This document shows positions 1-11,951 of a DNA stretch of 64,000 bases, piece after piece. A model generated the notes under the pieces. The model was given only the letters and a program-made list of their open reading frames with translations, was not told where the DNA came from and made no database searches. Each line of letters starts with the position of its first letter. The stretch's first letter is position 1. A program made the translations under genes and the position numbers. Origin of the DNA: Octopus sinensis (taxonomy: Eukaryota); NCBI RefSeq assembly GCF_006345805.1, contig NC_043005.1, positions 26,846,001-26,910,000 on the forward strand. Reading direction: 5' to 3'.

Positions 1-280
1 CTTTTGCCGAACCGCTAAGTGACGGGGACGTAAACACACAAGCATCGGTTGTCAAGCAATGCTAGGGGGACAAACACAGACACACAAACACATACATATA
101 TATATATACATATATACGACAGGCTTCTTTCAGTTTCCGTCTACCAAATCCACTCACAAGGCATTGGTCGGCCCGGGGCTATAGCAGAAGCCACTTGCCC
201 AAGATGCCACGCAGTGGGACTGAACCCGGAACCATGTGGTTGGTTAGCAAGCTACTTACCACACAGCCACTCCTGCGCCT
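1..280 (-). mobile_element. tRNA-derived SINE, family A (3' part runs off the window)
   Basis: Reverse complement starts AGGCGCAGGAGTGGCTGTGTGGTAAG, with an A-box-like TGGCTGTGTGG and a B-box-like GGTTCAGTCCC. It matches copies at 347, 45165 and 62885. Confidence 0.9.
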
Positions 281-346
281 AGTCTGTATATTTGTGTTCA
301 CATGCATTATGTACTTCATGATAAAACCTCCTAATTTTTCTGGTTT

Positions 347-738
347 CGCAGAAGTGGCTGTGTGGTAAGTAGCTTGCTAACCAACCACATGGTTCCGGGT
401 TCAGTCCCACTGCGTGGCATCTTGGGCAAGTGTCTTCTGCTATAGCCCCGGGCCGACCAATGCCTTGTGAGTGGATTTGGTAGACGGAAACCGAAAGAAG
501 CCTTATATATAAGTGTGTATGTATATGTTTGTGTGTCTGTGTTTGTCCCCTTAGCATTGCTTGACAACCGATGCTGGTGTGTTTACGTCCCCGTCACTTA
601 GCGGTTCGGCAAAAGAGACCGATAGGATAAGTACTGGGCTTACAAAGAATAAGTACCGGGGTCGATTTGCTCGACTAAAGGCGGTGCTCCAGCATGGCCG
701 CAGTCAAATGACTGAAACGAGTAAAAGAGTAAAGAGTA
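347..738 (+). mobile_element. tRNA-derived SINE, family A, full length
   Basis: Has a Pol III-like head, a CTTGGGCAAGTGTCTT segment, an internal TA/TG microsatellite, a GTCGA-tttgc-TCGAC hairpin and the tail AGGCGGTGCTCCAGCATGGCCGCAGTCAAATGACTGAAAC followed by (GAGTAAA)-like repeats. Confidence 0.9.
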
Positions 739-1244
739 TCTATATTTAAACAAGTTAAAATGCCCGAAAAGGACAAATTATTGGCTGGCTGGCGCTTCAC
801 TCACTGAAACCAATGACTCGTTTAATGTTTCGAGAGCTACAGTTTCTAAAGAAGGTGGGTTCGAGTCACGCAGGTCAGGCTGCTTTCCAATTTTTTCCAT
901 CCGGGAGTTTTTTTAAACTTTATATTATTTATAACTACATCGATATTCACAGTAAAAAAAAAAAAATAGTTTGCGTGCGTATGTGTGTGTGTGTGTGTGC
1001 GCGCGCGCGTACATATGTTCTTCACAGCCAAGCAGCAAAGGCTATTAAATATATATATCAAGCTAAACTTGTAACAAAATAAAAAATCTATACGTTATTT
1101 AAATGCATAAGGACTTCAGTGTTTGCGCGCGCGTGTGTGTACGTGCACACACACGCATATAAGCACAAATGTGCATGTATGCATATATTATACATGGGTA
1201 TTATGTAGGTGTACATGTGTGTTCGTGCGTATACAAATGCATAC

Positions 1245-1319
1245 AAATATATTTATATATATATGTATATATAAATAAATAAATAAATATATATATGTAT
1301 ATAAATATATATATATATG

Positions 1320-1386
<67 letters not shown>

Positions 1387-1420
1387 TATATCTGTGTGTG
1401 CGTAGATATATATATATATT
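1245..1420. repeat. (TA)n/(CA)n microsatellite, representative of many similar arrays (e.g. 7810-7900, 10120-10250, 11740-11950, 23735-23990, 54875-55345, 57570-57695)
   Basis: Dinucleotide periodicity is directly visible. Confidence 0.95.
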
Positions 1421-2182
1421 TATTACCATACACACATACATATGGAAAGTGTGCTACAGCCAACAGTAATTGCCATAAATGACGAGAAGGAGAGAGAGGG
1501 GGGGGGCAGACAGACAGACAGACAGACGGACAGACAGGCAAATAGACTGGCAGATGTATATATGTGAAGACAGACAAATTGACATTCTTCTCGACATGGT
1601 GGTCCCGAAAATGTGCTTTTTCATACATTCATACATATACTATTCACAAGTAAAGCTAGCTGTAAAGAACGATGATACATCATAATTTTATGACACTGGC
1701 ACGCATGAGTATCCAAGTGAAATAATACTCTAAAATTACTTCCATACGGTACAAATTTCAACGATATCAAAATACTAATTGATCGCTCAGAGAGTAAATT
1801 TCGTATTTCACACTACTTTGATATAACGGTGGATGACTGCTATTCAACTGGGTTTAATATGCATACACCCTACTATGTACCACTGCCGTTACATTTGTGT
1901 CTTTGATTTACATATGTTTGCTTTTCTTTGGTAACTCGAAGCGAATTTATTTATTTTGCTTTTTATGTATTTCTACATCAAGTAACGAATCTTAATATCT
2001 CAGACATAGAGAGTTTACAAGTAATGGTATCGTACTAGGCGATATATTTTGTTGCAAGAAATATTATCAAGTTCTGCCATCTTTGCCGACAAATGAACAA
2101 CGTGAGTTGTTGTTGTCGTCACCATCGAAGTGTCTACACTCTGCAGTCGAACATAATCGTCTCCCTTGCTTTGCTGTGGATT

Positions 2183-2567
2183 CTCTCTCTTTCACTCCGT
2201 CGGTTACGACGACGAGGGTTCCGGTTGATCCGAATCAACGGAACAGCCTGCTCGTGAAATTAACGTGTGACTGAGCACTCCACAGACACGTGTACCCTTA
2301 ACGTAGTTCTCGGGGATATTCAGCGTGACACAGAGAGTGACAAGGCCGGCCCTTTGAAATACAGGTACAACAGAAACAGGAAGTAAGAGTGAGAGAAAGT
2401 TGTGGTGAAAGAGTACAGCAGGGATCACCACCATCCCCTGCCGGAGCCTCGTGGAGCTTTTAGGTGTTTTCGCTCAATAAATACTCACAACACCCGGTCT
2501 GGGAATCGAAACTGCGATCCTATGACCACGAGTCCGCTGCCCTAACCACTGGGCCATTGCGCCTCCA
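2183..2567 (-). mobile_element. tRNA-derived SINE, family B, full length with 14-bp TSD
   Basis: The minus-strand head GTGGAGGCGCAATGGCCCAGTGGTTAGGGCAGCGG carries an A box and a B-box-like GTTTCGATTCC. The direct repeat CTTTGCTGTGGATT lies at 2169-2182 and 2568-2581. Homologous copies are at 61638 (+) and 63379 (-). Confidence 0.93.
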
Positions 2568-2877
2568 CTTTGCTGTGGATTACTGAATGGCTGAATACCC
2601 CAATCTTAACTACGCAGATTTTTCTATGTCGGACATAGTGGTCATTTAGAGTTTAAGATGATCAGTCACAGTAGCCAGTTCAACGTAGTTGTTAGATGTG
2701 CTATAAATATCAGTGAAATTTTCCTCAGAGTTCTAAACCCTTCAAGGCCGTAGTTCAGCATAGCTGCAGCCCCTTGGCTAAGGTGAATAAGGGATAAAAA
2801 AAAAAAAAAAACAGTTTATATCTTTTCAAACAATCTTAAGTAATTTGGTTACAATTTGTCAATTTAAAATGTGAGTA

Positions 2878-2911
2878 GATTTGCTGGACGGAAACTAGAA
2901 GAAGCTCGTCA

Positions 2912-2959
<48 letters not shown>

Positions 2960-3188
2960 GGTATATGTTTGTGAGTCTGTTTGTCCACACCCCCAACATC
3001 GCTTGACAACCGATGCTGATGTGTTTACGTCCACGTAACTTAGCGGTTCGGTAAAATAGACTGATAGAATAGGCTTTACAAACTAGGCTTACAAAGAATA
3101 AGCTCTGGCGTCGATTTGCACGACTAAAGGCGGTGTTCCAGCATGGCCGCAGTCAAATGACTGAAACAAGCAAATGACTAAAAGAGTA
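2878..3188 (+). mobile_element. SINE family A, 5'-truncated
   Basis: Matches the internal and tail parts of the 347-738 copy (GCTTGACAACCGATGCT..., GGCGGTGTTCCAGCATGGCCGCAGTCAAATGACTGAAAC). Confidence 0.85.
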
Positions 3189-3269
3189 TCATTATTTTTA
3201 TATTTCGGAATGGTCATATTGCCAGTTTAGCCAATAAAAACACACGCACTATATATCATTATTATTATT

Positions 3270-3322
<53 letters not shown>

Positions 3323-3330
3323 TATTATTA

Positions 3331-3366
<36 letters not shown>

Positions 3367-3367
<1 letters not shown>

Positions 3368-5231
3368 CTATATCTATAAAACAGTCCTTGGACGAAAATT
3401 ATATGCACATTTTGCTTTGACGGTTAATGGCGGCCGAACCGAGGCTAGGATCGAGCTGAAAATTGGCAGGGATACTAAATGCGTGGCGAGGATGAGACCC
3501 GCGATGGTTAAAATTCGCAAGCTATAAAAATGTGGTTGCTATGGCAAAAAGCGTGAATTTTTATCGATTCAAGGGGGCCCAGAGCCCCTCTAGGTTTGTG
3601 TGATTGGCTTTTAATGCTCAGCGGCATGCACTGCAGACTGTTGTGCTTAATAAACATACATTTTGTCGCGAAATTCCGGCTACCAGGAAACGACTTTTCG
3701 TCGTCCCTTTCCATTCCGATGTCTTCACGCCGTCCCATCCATTCCGCTGTCTTCACGTTGTCTTCATCCACTCCGCTGTCTTCACGTCGTCCCTTCCACT
3801 CCACTGTCTTCACGTTGTCTTCATCCACTCCGCTGTCTTCACGTCGTCCCTTCCACTCCACTGTCTTCACGTTGTCTTCATCCACTCCGCTGTCTTCACG
3901 TCGTCCCTTCCACTCCACTGTCTTCACGTTGTCTTCATCCACTCCGCTGTCTTCACGTTGTCTTCATCCACTCCGCTGTCTTCACGTCGTCCCTTCCACT
4001 CCACTGTCTTCACGTTGTCTTCATCCACTCCGCTGTCTTCCCGTCGTCCCATCCATTCCGCTGTCTTCACGTTGTCTTCATCCACTCCGCTGTCTTCACG
4101 TCGTCCCATCCATTCCGCTGTCTTCACGTTGTCTTCATCCACTCCGCTGTCTTCACGTCGTCCCATCCATTCCGCTGTCTTCACGTTGTATTCATCCACT
4201 CCGCTGTCTTCCCGTCGTCCCATCCATTCCGCTGTCTTCACGTTGTCTTCATCCACTCCGCTGTCTTCCCGTCGTCCCATCCATTCCGCTGTCTTCACGT
4301 TGTCTTCATCCACTCCGCTGTCTTTACGTCGTCTTCATCCATTCCGCTGTCATCCCGTCGTCCCTTCCGTTCCGCCGTCTTCACGTCGTTTCTTTTCTTC
4401 CTCTTCTCTTCGCGTCGTCCCCATCGCCTTGACTCTCTGTCTCTCCACTCTCTTCGCGCCGTACCTATCCCCTCCATTCTTTGTCTTTTCACTCTTTTCA
4501 CGTCATCTTCTGCAACATCTTACGCCGCATTTCATCGTCCAGCCTTCTGCACTTCAATCTGCTGATCATGTAAATGTAACTCAACAGTTTTCTTATAATG
4601 ACCGCTATAAAAACAACGCTGAATATTGTTTTCTTTTTCACATGCAAAACGTTGTTCCCCAAGATTCGCTGCAACTATCGTCACACCTCTGCATCGAATT
4701 CTGTTCACTTAAGCGCCACCCTCCCGCCAGACTTGGTAGGTTAGACAGGTTTTCTTTCCCTCTTTAATAAAAGCATTCCATTAATTACGATTGCCTTTTT
4801 AGGTCCTCACAAGCGGGGGGGACATGCACAAGCGGGAGGGGCATGTCAAAAGGGCATGCACCTCTGCATGTCAAACTGCCATGCCATGCGTTCACGTCGC
4901 GACACTGATTCCGCAAAGTTTGGCTGGGTGTGATTACGTCCTGACTGCAGAAACAATGTAAGTGCTTCGCTTTTGAATTTTGTGCCCATTGGTAGCCATT
5001 ATTTTCTTCTTTCTAAGCCATTCATCTCCCAATGATGGACCAACATTATCCTCATAGTACCTTTTGTGTGACTTCTAAAACACTGTGTGAGCTATGTTCT
5101 CATTCATTCCATTCCATGAATGCCAAAATCCTATACAATAAAATTTCCTACCAATTGTTACCTACTTCTCATCATCTTTAAAACATGTGGCGACCCAAGG
5201 AGACCCGAATGAAATCGGGTAGTAGCAGGTA

Positions 5232-5232
<1 letters not shown>
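3367..5232 (+). mobile_element. Non-autonomous Helitron-like element inserted in an (ATT)n array
   Basis: The 5' end TCTATATCTATAAAA follows A3366. A 3' hairpin ACCCGA-atgaaa-TCGGGT (5203-5220) precedes a terminal GTAG (CTAG variant) followed by T. (ATT)n/(TTA)n lies on both sides, with no TSD. These are established Helitron hallmarks. Confidence 0.7.
3700..4390. repeat. 57-bp minisatellite (28+29-bp higher-order unit) inside the Helitron-like element
   Basis: The unit TTCACGTCGTCCCTTCCACTCCACTGTC + TTCACGTTGTCTTCATCCACTCCGCTGTC is repeated roughly 11-12 times. Because 57 is a multiple of 3, several frames stay open. Confidence 0.92.
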
Positions 5233-5273
<41 letters not shown>

Positions 5274-5354
5274 GTTATTATTATTATTATTATTATATGT
5301 AGATATACGTATGCATTGGACCACTGAACTCAGCGCATTTTTTTTTCAACTTCC

Positions 5355-5500
5355 CTCTATTTCCTCTTCATCCTTTCTGTCAAAGAGCGTAGGCTCGAAA
5401 CGTAAAAGACTTTTCCATTTCTCCCGAACGTCAAACTAATACACCTATTTGTTGTTTCTACACCTGTCTTCATCTTTGTTTTTCTATAAATTTGAACAAT
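5355..5500 (+). mobile_element. Short Penelope-tail-like repeat with a degenerate hammerhead-like motif
   Basis: CTTT-CTGTCAAA-GAGC-gtag-GCTC-GAAACGTA-AAAG at 5373-5408. A homologous copy lies at 17970-18005. Confidence 0.55.
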
Positions 5501-5501
5501 G

Positions 5502-5536
<35 letters not shown>

Positions 5537-6714
5537 CGCACAGACACATTTATATATGTGTATATATATTTGTACGTTTGTGGATGGGATATTTTGTATA
5601 CAGTAATGTTTGATATCTTATTGTGTTAGCATTTTGAAAAGAACTTCTAACTTGTTAAGTTTGTTTTGTGTAGCCTCTTCCCGCTCCGCCAGTGTCTACA
5701 GGCGTTGGGGAAATGTATTTTTGTGTATGACGATCAAACATCATTTAACCGCCATTCATGACGCGACAATCTTTACATCTAATAGAGTCATTCAATCCTT
5801 TAAGGTAGAAAGTTAAGATTTTAGACTTAACTGTTAATTATTGCAGGTGGACTGACTGCGAACAGGCACCTACGTTTGCTCCTTGTGGTGGTGGTGGTGG
5901 TGGAGGAGACGTCAGCGATGGAGACGGTGACGATGGAGATGGCGACGATGGAGATGGCGACGATGGAGAGGCGTCGAGGGAGATGGCGACGGTGGAGTAG
6001 CCTAAGGAACAGTGGGTAAACAAGGAAGTTCCGAACACACTACAGCTGAAAAAGAAATAGGCTGGATGTGCAAGGTTGGAATGCCTATGACCTTAAGTCG
6101 AGTCAATCAGGGTTAATACTTTGCAATAAACGGCGACAACGCCTTCAATTTCATTAAGAAGAACATTTCCATTTGTAGTCTGAAATCTTTTCTGGTTTCG
6201 CTCTGCTTTATTTTGTTTTGTCTGGAAGAAATTATAAATGGTTAAGTAGTGGTGGGAGTAGAGTTTCTGTTAGCAGAGAAGAAGCTTACTTTTCTTTATA
6301 TTTCTTCTATTTTTATTACAGCCATTATTCTTACAACAGACAAAAGAAAAGACACAGCGGACGGACATACAGACAGACACATAATGATAGAAACGAAATA
6401 AACAAGGTGGCCTGGGTGAGTGGGGGATGTAATTTCCCAGAAGGGATGGTAGTTGATTAGTTTTAGCAGAAGTACATTAATTCTGCCTCGGGGGTAACAA
6501 GATGTTCTTTGTGAAGGTGAGATCACATTTTAGGTTGTTTTTGTTTTTGTTTTTTTTACCTTTTTTTCTTCATTTTATAGGCCTTTGGCTAGTGAAGGAA
6601 AAAAGTCGGCAGGACACCTAATAAAAAGCCTTAAATTATCTCCTTTATGTTTTGAGCTTTTGGGCTCGATTGTCATATCTCTTGAGTCGGATAAAACAAG
6701 TATGTATTGTAACT

Positions 6715-6897
6715 TTATTAGAAATTATTAGTACATCGACCCCAGTGTTCAACTGGTATTTATTTTATAACCCCCCCCCCCTAAAGGATTAAAGGCAAAA
6801 TCGGCTCCAGCCGAAATTGAACGTAAAACCGGAAGAAATATCGCTAAGGATTTTGTCCTAACATTCGGCGTGTTCACAATTCTGCCAGCTCGCTGCC
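6715..6897 (-). mobile_element. Degenerate SINE family C
   Basis: ATCGACCCCAGTG...AAAGGCAAA...TTCTGCCAGCTCG matches the family C copies at 39262 and 60400. Confidence 0.7.
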
Positions 6898-7812
6898 TTT
6901 GTTTTAGATGTACTAATGAAAACCATTTGAGGGCTCTTTACTCTGAAGAACTATAAAGAATAAGAAAATAGAGAAGAGAGGAAAACAGAGGAGAGCAGAC
7001 GAGGCAACAATGGGATCAACAGTGCTCAGTTTTCTGAATACCGTCAGTGTTCTGGAACTCCGGAATGGAAGAGGAAGTCACCCGGTGCCTCATCCCTGAA
7101 ACAAGTGAAATAAGTAACCCCTCCCTAGACTCCAGCAACCAGCACACAGCACAATGCCATAGTGCTGTAATGAGGGAGAGAGGATGGTTACAGACGAAAG
7201 TTCCAAACCTGTCGTAGAGAACTGCAAGAAGCAAAGGGAAAGACGTCACAAGAGACATTTAGAAGTTTATTTGTGTTTGCAATATTTTAAATTTATGACA
7301 AAAAATATATACTTCTTTCAATTTCAGTTTAGCGTTTGAAAAATAAATAATAAATGAGATTTGTATATTTAAAGGCGAATTATAAAAGAGCTTCAGGCGA
7401 ATTAATTTCAAGGAACTACACCAGGAAAACATTTGTTTGCAATCCAAAATATAAACATTTTATATGTTTTCTCATGGATTGAAGTGATGTGAAATGAAAA
7501 AAATTAATCTAATATTGGTGACAATGTAGTAATGTTATGAATATTTCACGATTGTAATATGTTTTATCAAAATTTGTTTTTAGTTTTTGGCCAATGAAAA
7601 TTAGCTTAGCTATTGAGGTATATTGCATTATGTAGTTGAGTATATTTGAATGAGGCTGTGGGTGTTTTTTGTTTACGTGATTGTCAGTGGGGGTAGTTGT
7701 GTATGCATACGGATGTATGTTTGTGGGTAGGTGTTTGTGTTTCTATGCAATATATTTGTTTGTACGTATTCATGTATGCATGTATTTGTACGTATTCATG
7801 TATGCATGTATG

Positions 7813-7852
<40 letters not shown>

Positions 7853-7861
7853 TATAATATA

Positions 7862-7896
<35 letters not shown>

Positions 7897-8039
7897 CTTA
7901 CATAAGGCCAACGAGGGTACGGACGCCGCTATATATAAATATGTAGAAAAATACAACCTGGGACAAGAACGTACATTCTTGTCCCAGTTTGTATTTTTCT
8001 ACATATTTATATATATATATATATTAGGTCTGCGCGTAT

Positions 8040-8269
8040 AGAAAGATAAATTGACAAATAGACAGAGAAACAGACAGGCAGACGAACAGAAAGACAGACA
8101 GGCAGACAGGTAGATAGAGAGGTAGGTAGGTAGATAGGTAGGTAGGTAGGTAGGTAGGTAGGTAGGTAGGTAGGTAGGTAGGTAGGTAGATGGATAGACA
8201 GACAGACAGACAGACAGACAGATGGACAGACGGACGGACGGACAGATAGATAGATAGATAGATAGATAG

Positions 8270-8315
<46 letters not shown>

Positions 8316-8402
8316 TAGATAGATAGATAGATAGATAGAGATAGATAGATAGACAGACAGACAGAGAAACAGACAGACAGATAGATAGATAGATAGATAG
8401 AC

Positions 8403-8433
<31 letters not shown>

Positions 8434-8449
8434 GAAACAGACAGACAGG

Positions 8450-8481
<32 letters not shown>

Positions 8482-8508
8482 GATAGATAGATAGATAGAT
8501 AGATAGAC

Positions 8509-8539
<31 letters not shown>

Positions 8540-8552
8540 GAAACAGACAGAC

Positions 8553-8604
<52 letters not shown>
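8040..8604. repeat. Compound (GACA)n/(GGTA)n/(GATA)n tetranucleotide array
   Basis: Directly visible. Confidence 0.95.
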
Positions 8605-8605
<1 letters not shown>

Positions 8606-8800
8606 TGTTTCTTTATTAGCCACACAGGGCTGCACATATACAGGACAAATTACAAGGTAGAGCTTTTCTTTTGGGGGTAAAAAAGGGGGGTTTGGTTTTC
8701 GATCAAAAGGGATCGTAAAAGGAAAGAAAGAGGACAAAAAAGGGGGGATCAAATTTAAAAAAAAAAAGGTGGGGGGAAGGGAAAGAAAAAAATTGATCAA
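8605..8800 (-). mobile_element. Tx1-like LINE 3' end fragment anchored in (TATC)n
   Basis: Minus strand reads ...GCAGCCCTGTGTGGCTAATAAAGAAACAT(ATCT)n, the same terminus as the copies at 28968 and 31654. Confidence 0.85.
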
Positions 8801-9730
8801 TAATATGATATATAGTGCCTTTTATGACTACATGCTAATGGAATGAGCAACTGTAAGAATTGTGAGAAATACCCCCGATTAACCAATGTCTAGGGTGCTT
8901 GGTCAAAACACCTCGGAGTGTCCATGTCACATAGCGCTACCGCTTCAAACTCCAAGAACAGAAAACATAATCACGTTCATTCATTCTTTAAATAAAACAG
9001 AAAGTAAACTTGTACTTTGTTGCCCAATTTAATGTGAGACCTCAAAAGAGGTAACACAAACTACTCTATCATTGGCAGAGCTCTTCCTTTTATAGCAGGC
9101 GTAGGAGCTGTAATTTGTATTCGTTGGAAGCGCTAGAAATACTCAGTTGTAAGTCAAATTTAATTAACCAACGTAACGAGTTATTCATTCGCTGTTCTCA
9201 CTCATTCAACTAATCATTCTTAATTTCCACACAAAAATCTTGCATAATTAACTTACCTAGTTATAAATAAAATTATTACCTATGTTAGCTTATTATGGAT
9301 TTTCCCTCTTCCTTCTTAAATTATTTATTTTGCAGTAGACCAAGTATTCTTTTCCTAAGTTTTAATCTTTAATCTAACCATTAAGTGTTGCACTTAACGG
9401 AGTTCAATTTTATTCAATTTTATGCAATTGAATTTTACTTTAACTTACCGAACGAACCAATTAAGGTGGATAATTAATTACTTTCACATACATTTAACCA
9501 GTCAATCTCCTTCATTCTGTCATCTCATTGTCACTTTTAATTACCATTCACCAACAGATTGGCCAGCAATGATATTCATTAGATAGTAGAAATATTTCCA
9601 GTGCTTTGTTCTTACAGAATTTACGATATCTTGATCTCCAAGGAGAAGGAAATTCGATCCATTATCTACAACCCTACTTCTACAAGTACGTTTGTAGGAG
9701 AATCTGAATAAATCTACGATCACATATTTA

Positions 9731-9770
9731 AGGTCTGAAGAAAATGGTCGAGGGCCATTCGAAACATTCC
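9731..9770 (+). ncRNA. Degenerate hammerhead-ribozyme-like motif
   Basis: CTGAAGA (9735-9741) is followed by a 7-bp stem II (AATGGTC-gag-GGCCATT) and GAAAC. Stems I and III are imperfect. AATAAA follows shortly downstream. Confidence 0.4.
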
Positions 9771-9944
9771 TAACAGTGAATAAAACTACGCCAAAACACA
9801 ATTTTCATTCTTTGTTTCATTGGTATACATACATACATACATAATGTATATATATATGAGTGTTCGTGTGTGTGTGTGTGTGTGTTGTGTGTGTGTGTGT
9901 GTGTGCGTGTGTGAGTGAGTGCCTGTGTGTTTGTACGATGCTAT

Positions 9945-10115
9945 TAAATTAGGCATGTAAATGATGTATATGGTTGTATATGGTTAAGAAGCTGGTTTTG
10001 TAACCATGTCATTTCGGGTTTAGTCCCACAGCACGGCGCCATAGGCAAATATCTTTTTATTATTACGCCCGGCCGACCAATGCCTAGTAGACAGAAGCTA
10101 TATAAAAGCCCGATG
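9945..10115 (+). mobile_element. Old degenerate SINE family A head
   Basis: TTTCGGGTTTAGTCCCACAGCACGG...GGCCGACCAATGCCT aligns to the family A head. Confidence 0.55.
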
Positions 10116-10124
10116 TGTGTGTAT

Positions 10125-10157
<33 letters not shown>

Positions 10158-10180
10158 TACATATATATATACATATATAT

Positions 10181-10254
<74 letters not shown>

Positions 10255-10725
10255 AGAGAGAATATAGAGAGTAAAAGAGAGAAAGAGAGTGAGAGAGAGA
10301 GAGGGGTGGTATATTCTGTTAATATACAGTATAAAGCTTGTCCACCTTCATATTTCATCCGGTGCTATCCATCAGTAGTATTAAACGTACTTCCAGGTAT
10401 ACATAAATGTATGTGTGTATATATTTTTGTACGTATGTATGTATTATGTATGTATTTTGTACGTGTGTGTGAGTGCCTCTGTCTATGTTGTCACCCACCA
10501 CTTTACCACCGATGTTGGCTTGCTTACATCCCTACAAATTTGTGCTCGACAAATTTATAGGGATGACCTACCATTGTTTACAAAGCAAACATGAGTTAAG
10601 TCCTCTCCTAGCGACGGTGTAAAGAGAGGGAGGAGGTGGTGGTGGGACAGTGGCAGGGGCAAAGGCGTGCAAAAACATGTATGCAGTAGGTGAATGTACG
10701 GATATGTTTGTGTGTGTGTTGCCCA

Positions 10726-11056
10726 TATATATAAACTTAGTTGTGATCTGAACATAACCTCTTCTCACACAGAGGATCGGGGCCCTTTTGGGCGTTCTAT
10801 TTTCTTTGCTGGAAGGGTTCTCAAAGTGGGGTTACATGTTAAAAAAGAAAAGAAAAAACAATCGATGAGTGGAAAAAATCGAGAAACCGATTCCTTATGG
10901 AATTTCTCAATCAAATTGTCAGCAAAATTGCAGCCAAAAGTCAACGGATTTCACTCAAATTTGACGTCGATGTTACTTAGTTTGCTTTGAAATAAAGAGC
11001 TTGATTAGCTTAATAATCCTAACTTAATCCCAAGCAAAGCCGGGCTATACTGCTAG
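10726..11056 (+). mobile_element. Short Helitron-like element (5' boundary approximate)
   Basis: The 3' end CCCAAGCAAAGCCGGG-ctatactg-CTAG|T gives a subterminal hairpin plus CTAG, within TA-rich flanks. Confidence 0.6.
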
Positions 11057-11818
11057 TATATATATATATATACTAATCTCAGTTCTGTTTATGGCTGCGG
11101 CTATTGGTCGAGTATACAAGCATTAATGCAGCGAATATTTTAAACTTAGTCTCTTGTGGTAGACCTAGCTGACGAAAACCAATTTACTTTACGATAACAA
11201 AAGTATTCTGAAAAGTCCGAAACTCGAGCATTCGGTCGTCCATTTCTCTGGCGTTCTTCCTAGAGGTAAGACGAATTTTTTTTTATATTCGCCGCCCGAA
11301 CACATCTTTGCCTCTTTGCATTCAGTGAAGCTTTGCCTAACGTCGAACGGTTATCGACCGCTATTTCCAGCAAAAATTGATACCTTGTTGTGTCACTAAT
11401 CCTTATTTATATACATACATTTATAGATATTATAATTACTATTGAATTTTTGTCGGTCATATTACCACAAAATTACATGTTTCGATTTACTGTTCTGGAA
11501 TGGTCGAGATGAATTCTTTTTGTTCATTTATTGTACATGGAAGTCGGTCAAAGTCCGGAGCGTTCTCAGTAAATGACTGCCTTTTATTCGATGAATTAAT
11601 ATGTCTTATTAGATCTTTATGTTTCTAGTTAACATATCCATATATATATATCTATATACGTGTATGTATCTAATTATACAATGTGTGTGTATGTATGTGT
11701 ATGTGTGTGTGCGTAGAGAGAGAGAGAAAGAGAGATTGATACCCACATATATATATATACATATATATAAATATACATATATGTATATATATATATATAC
11801 ATATATGCATATATATAA

Positions 11819-11859
<41 letters not shown>

Positions 11860-11870
11860 TGCATATATAA

Positions 11871-11945
<75 letters not shown>

Positions 11946-11951
11946 CATATA

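Noticed and set aside
850-900. B-box-like GGTTCGAGTC followed by a T run
   Set aside because: No A box at the right distance and no cloverleaf, so it is not callable as a tRNA.
1188-1636. Many ORFs rich in YI/CV/MYVC/HT (here and throughout the window)
   Set aside because: These are translations of TA, CA, TATG and GATA microsatellites that lack stops in some frames.
2490-2567. tRNA-like heads of SINE A/B/C as true tRNA genes
   Set aside because: The cloverleaves are incomplete and each head is fused to a SINE body.
3596-4767. Long ORFs of 278-387 aa and a CRISPR-like look of the repeat
   Set aside because: They are open only because the 57-bp unit is a multiple of 3. The repeats are contiguous with no unique spacers, and no cas genes are present.
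5847-6047. GC-rich Gly/Asp or Ser/Pro stretch with splice-like sites on both strands
   Set aside because: It is an imperfect 15-bp/trinucleotide repeat with no recognisable protein and no partner exons.
6990-7260. Coding-like composition
   Set aside because: All frames are short or interrupted, and there is no motif or consistent splice pair.
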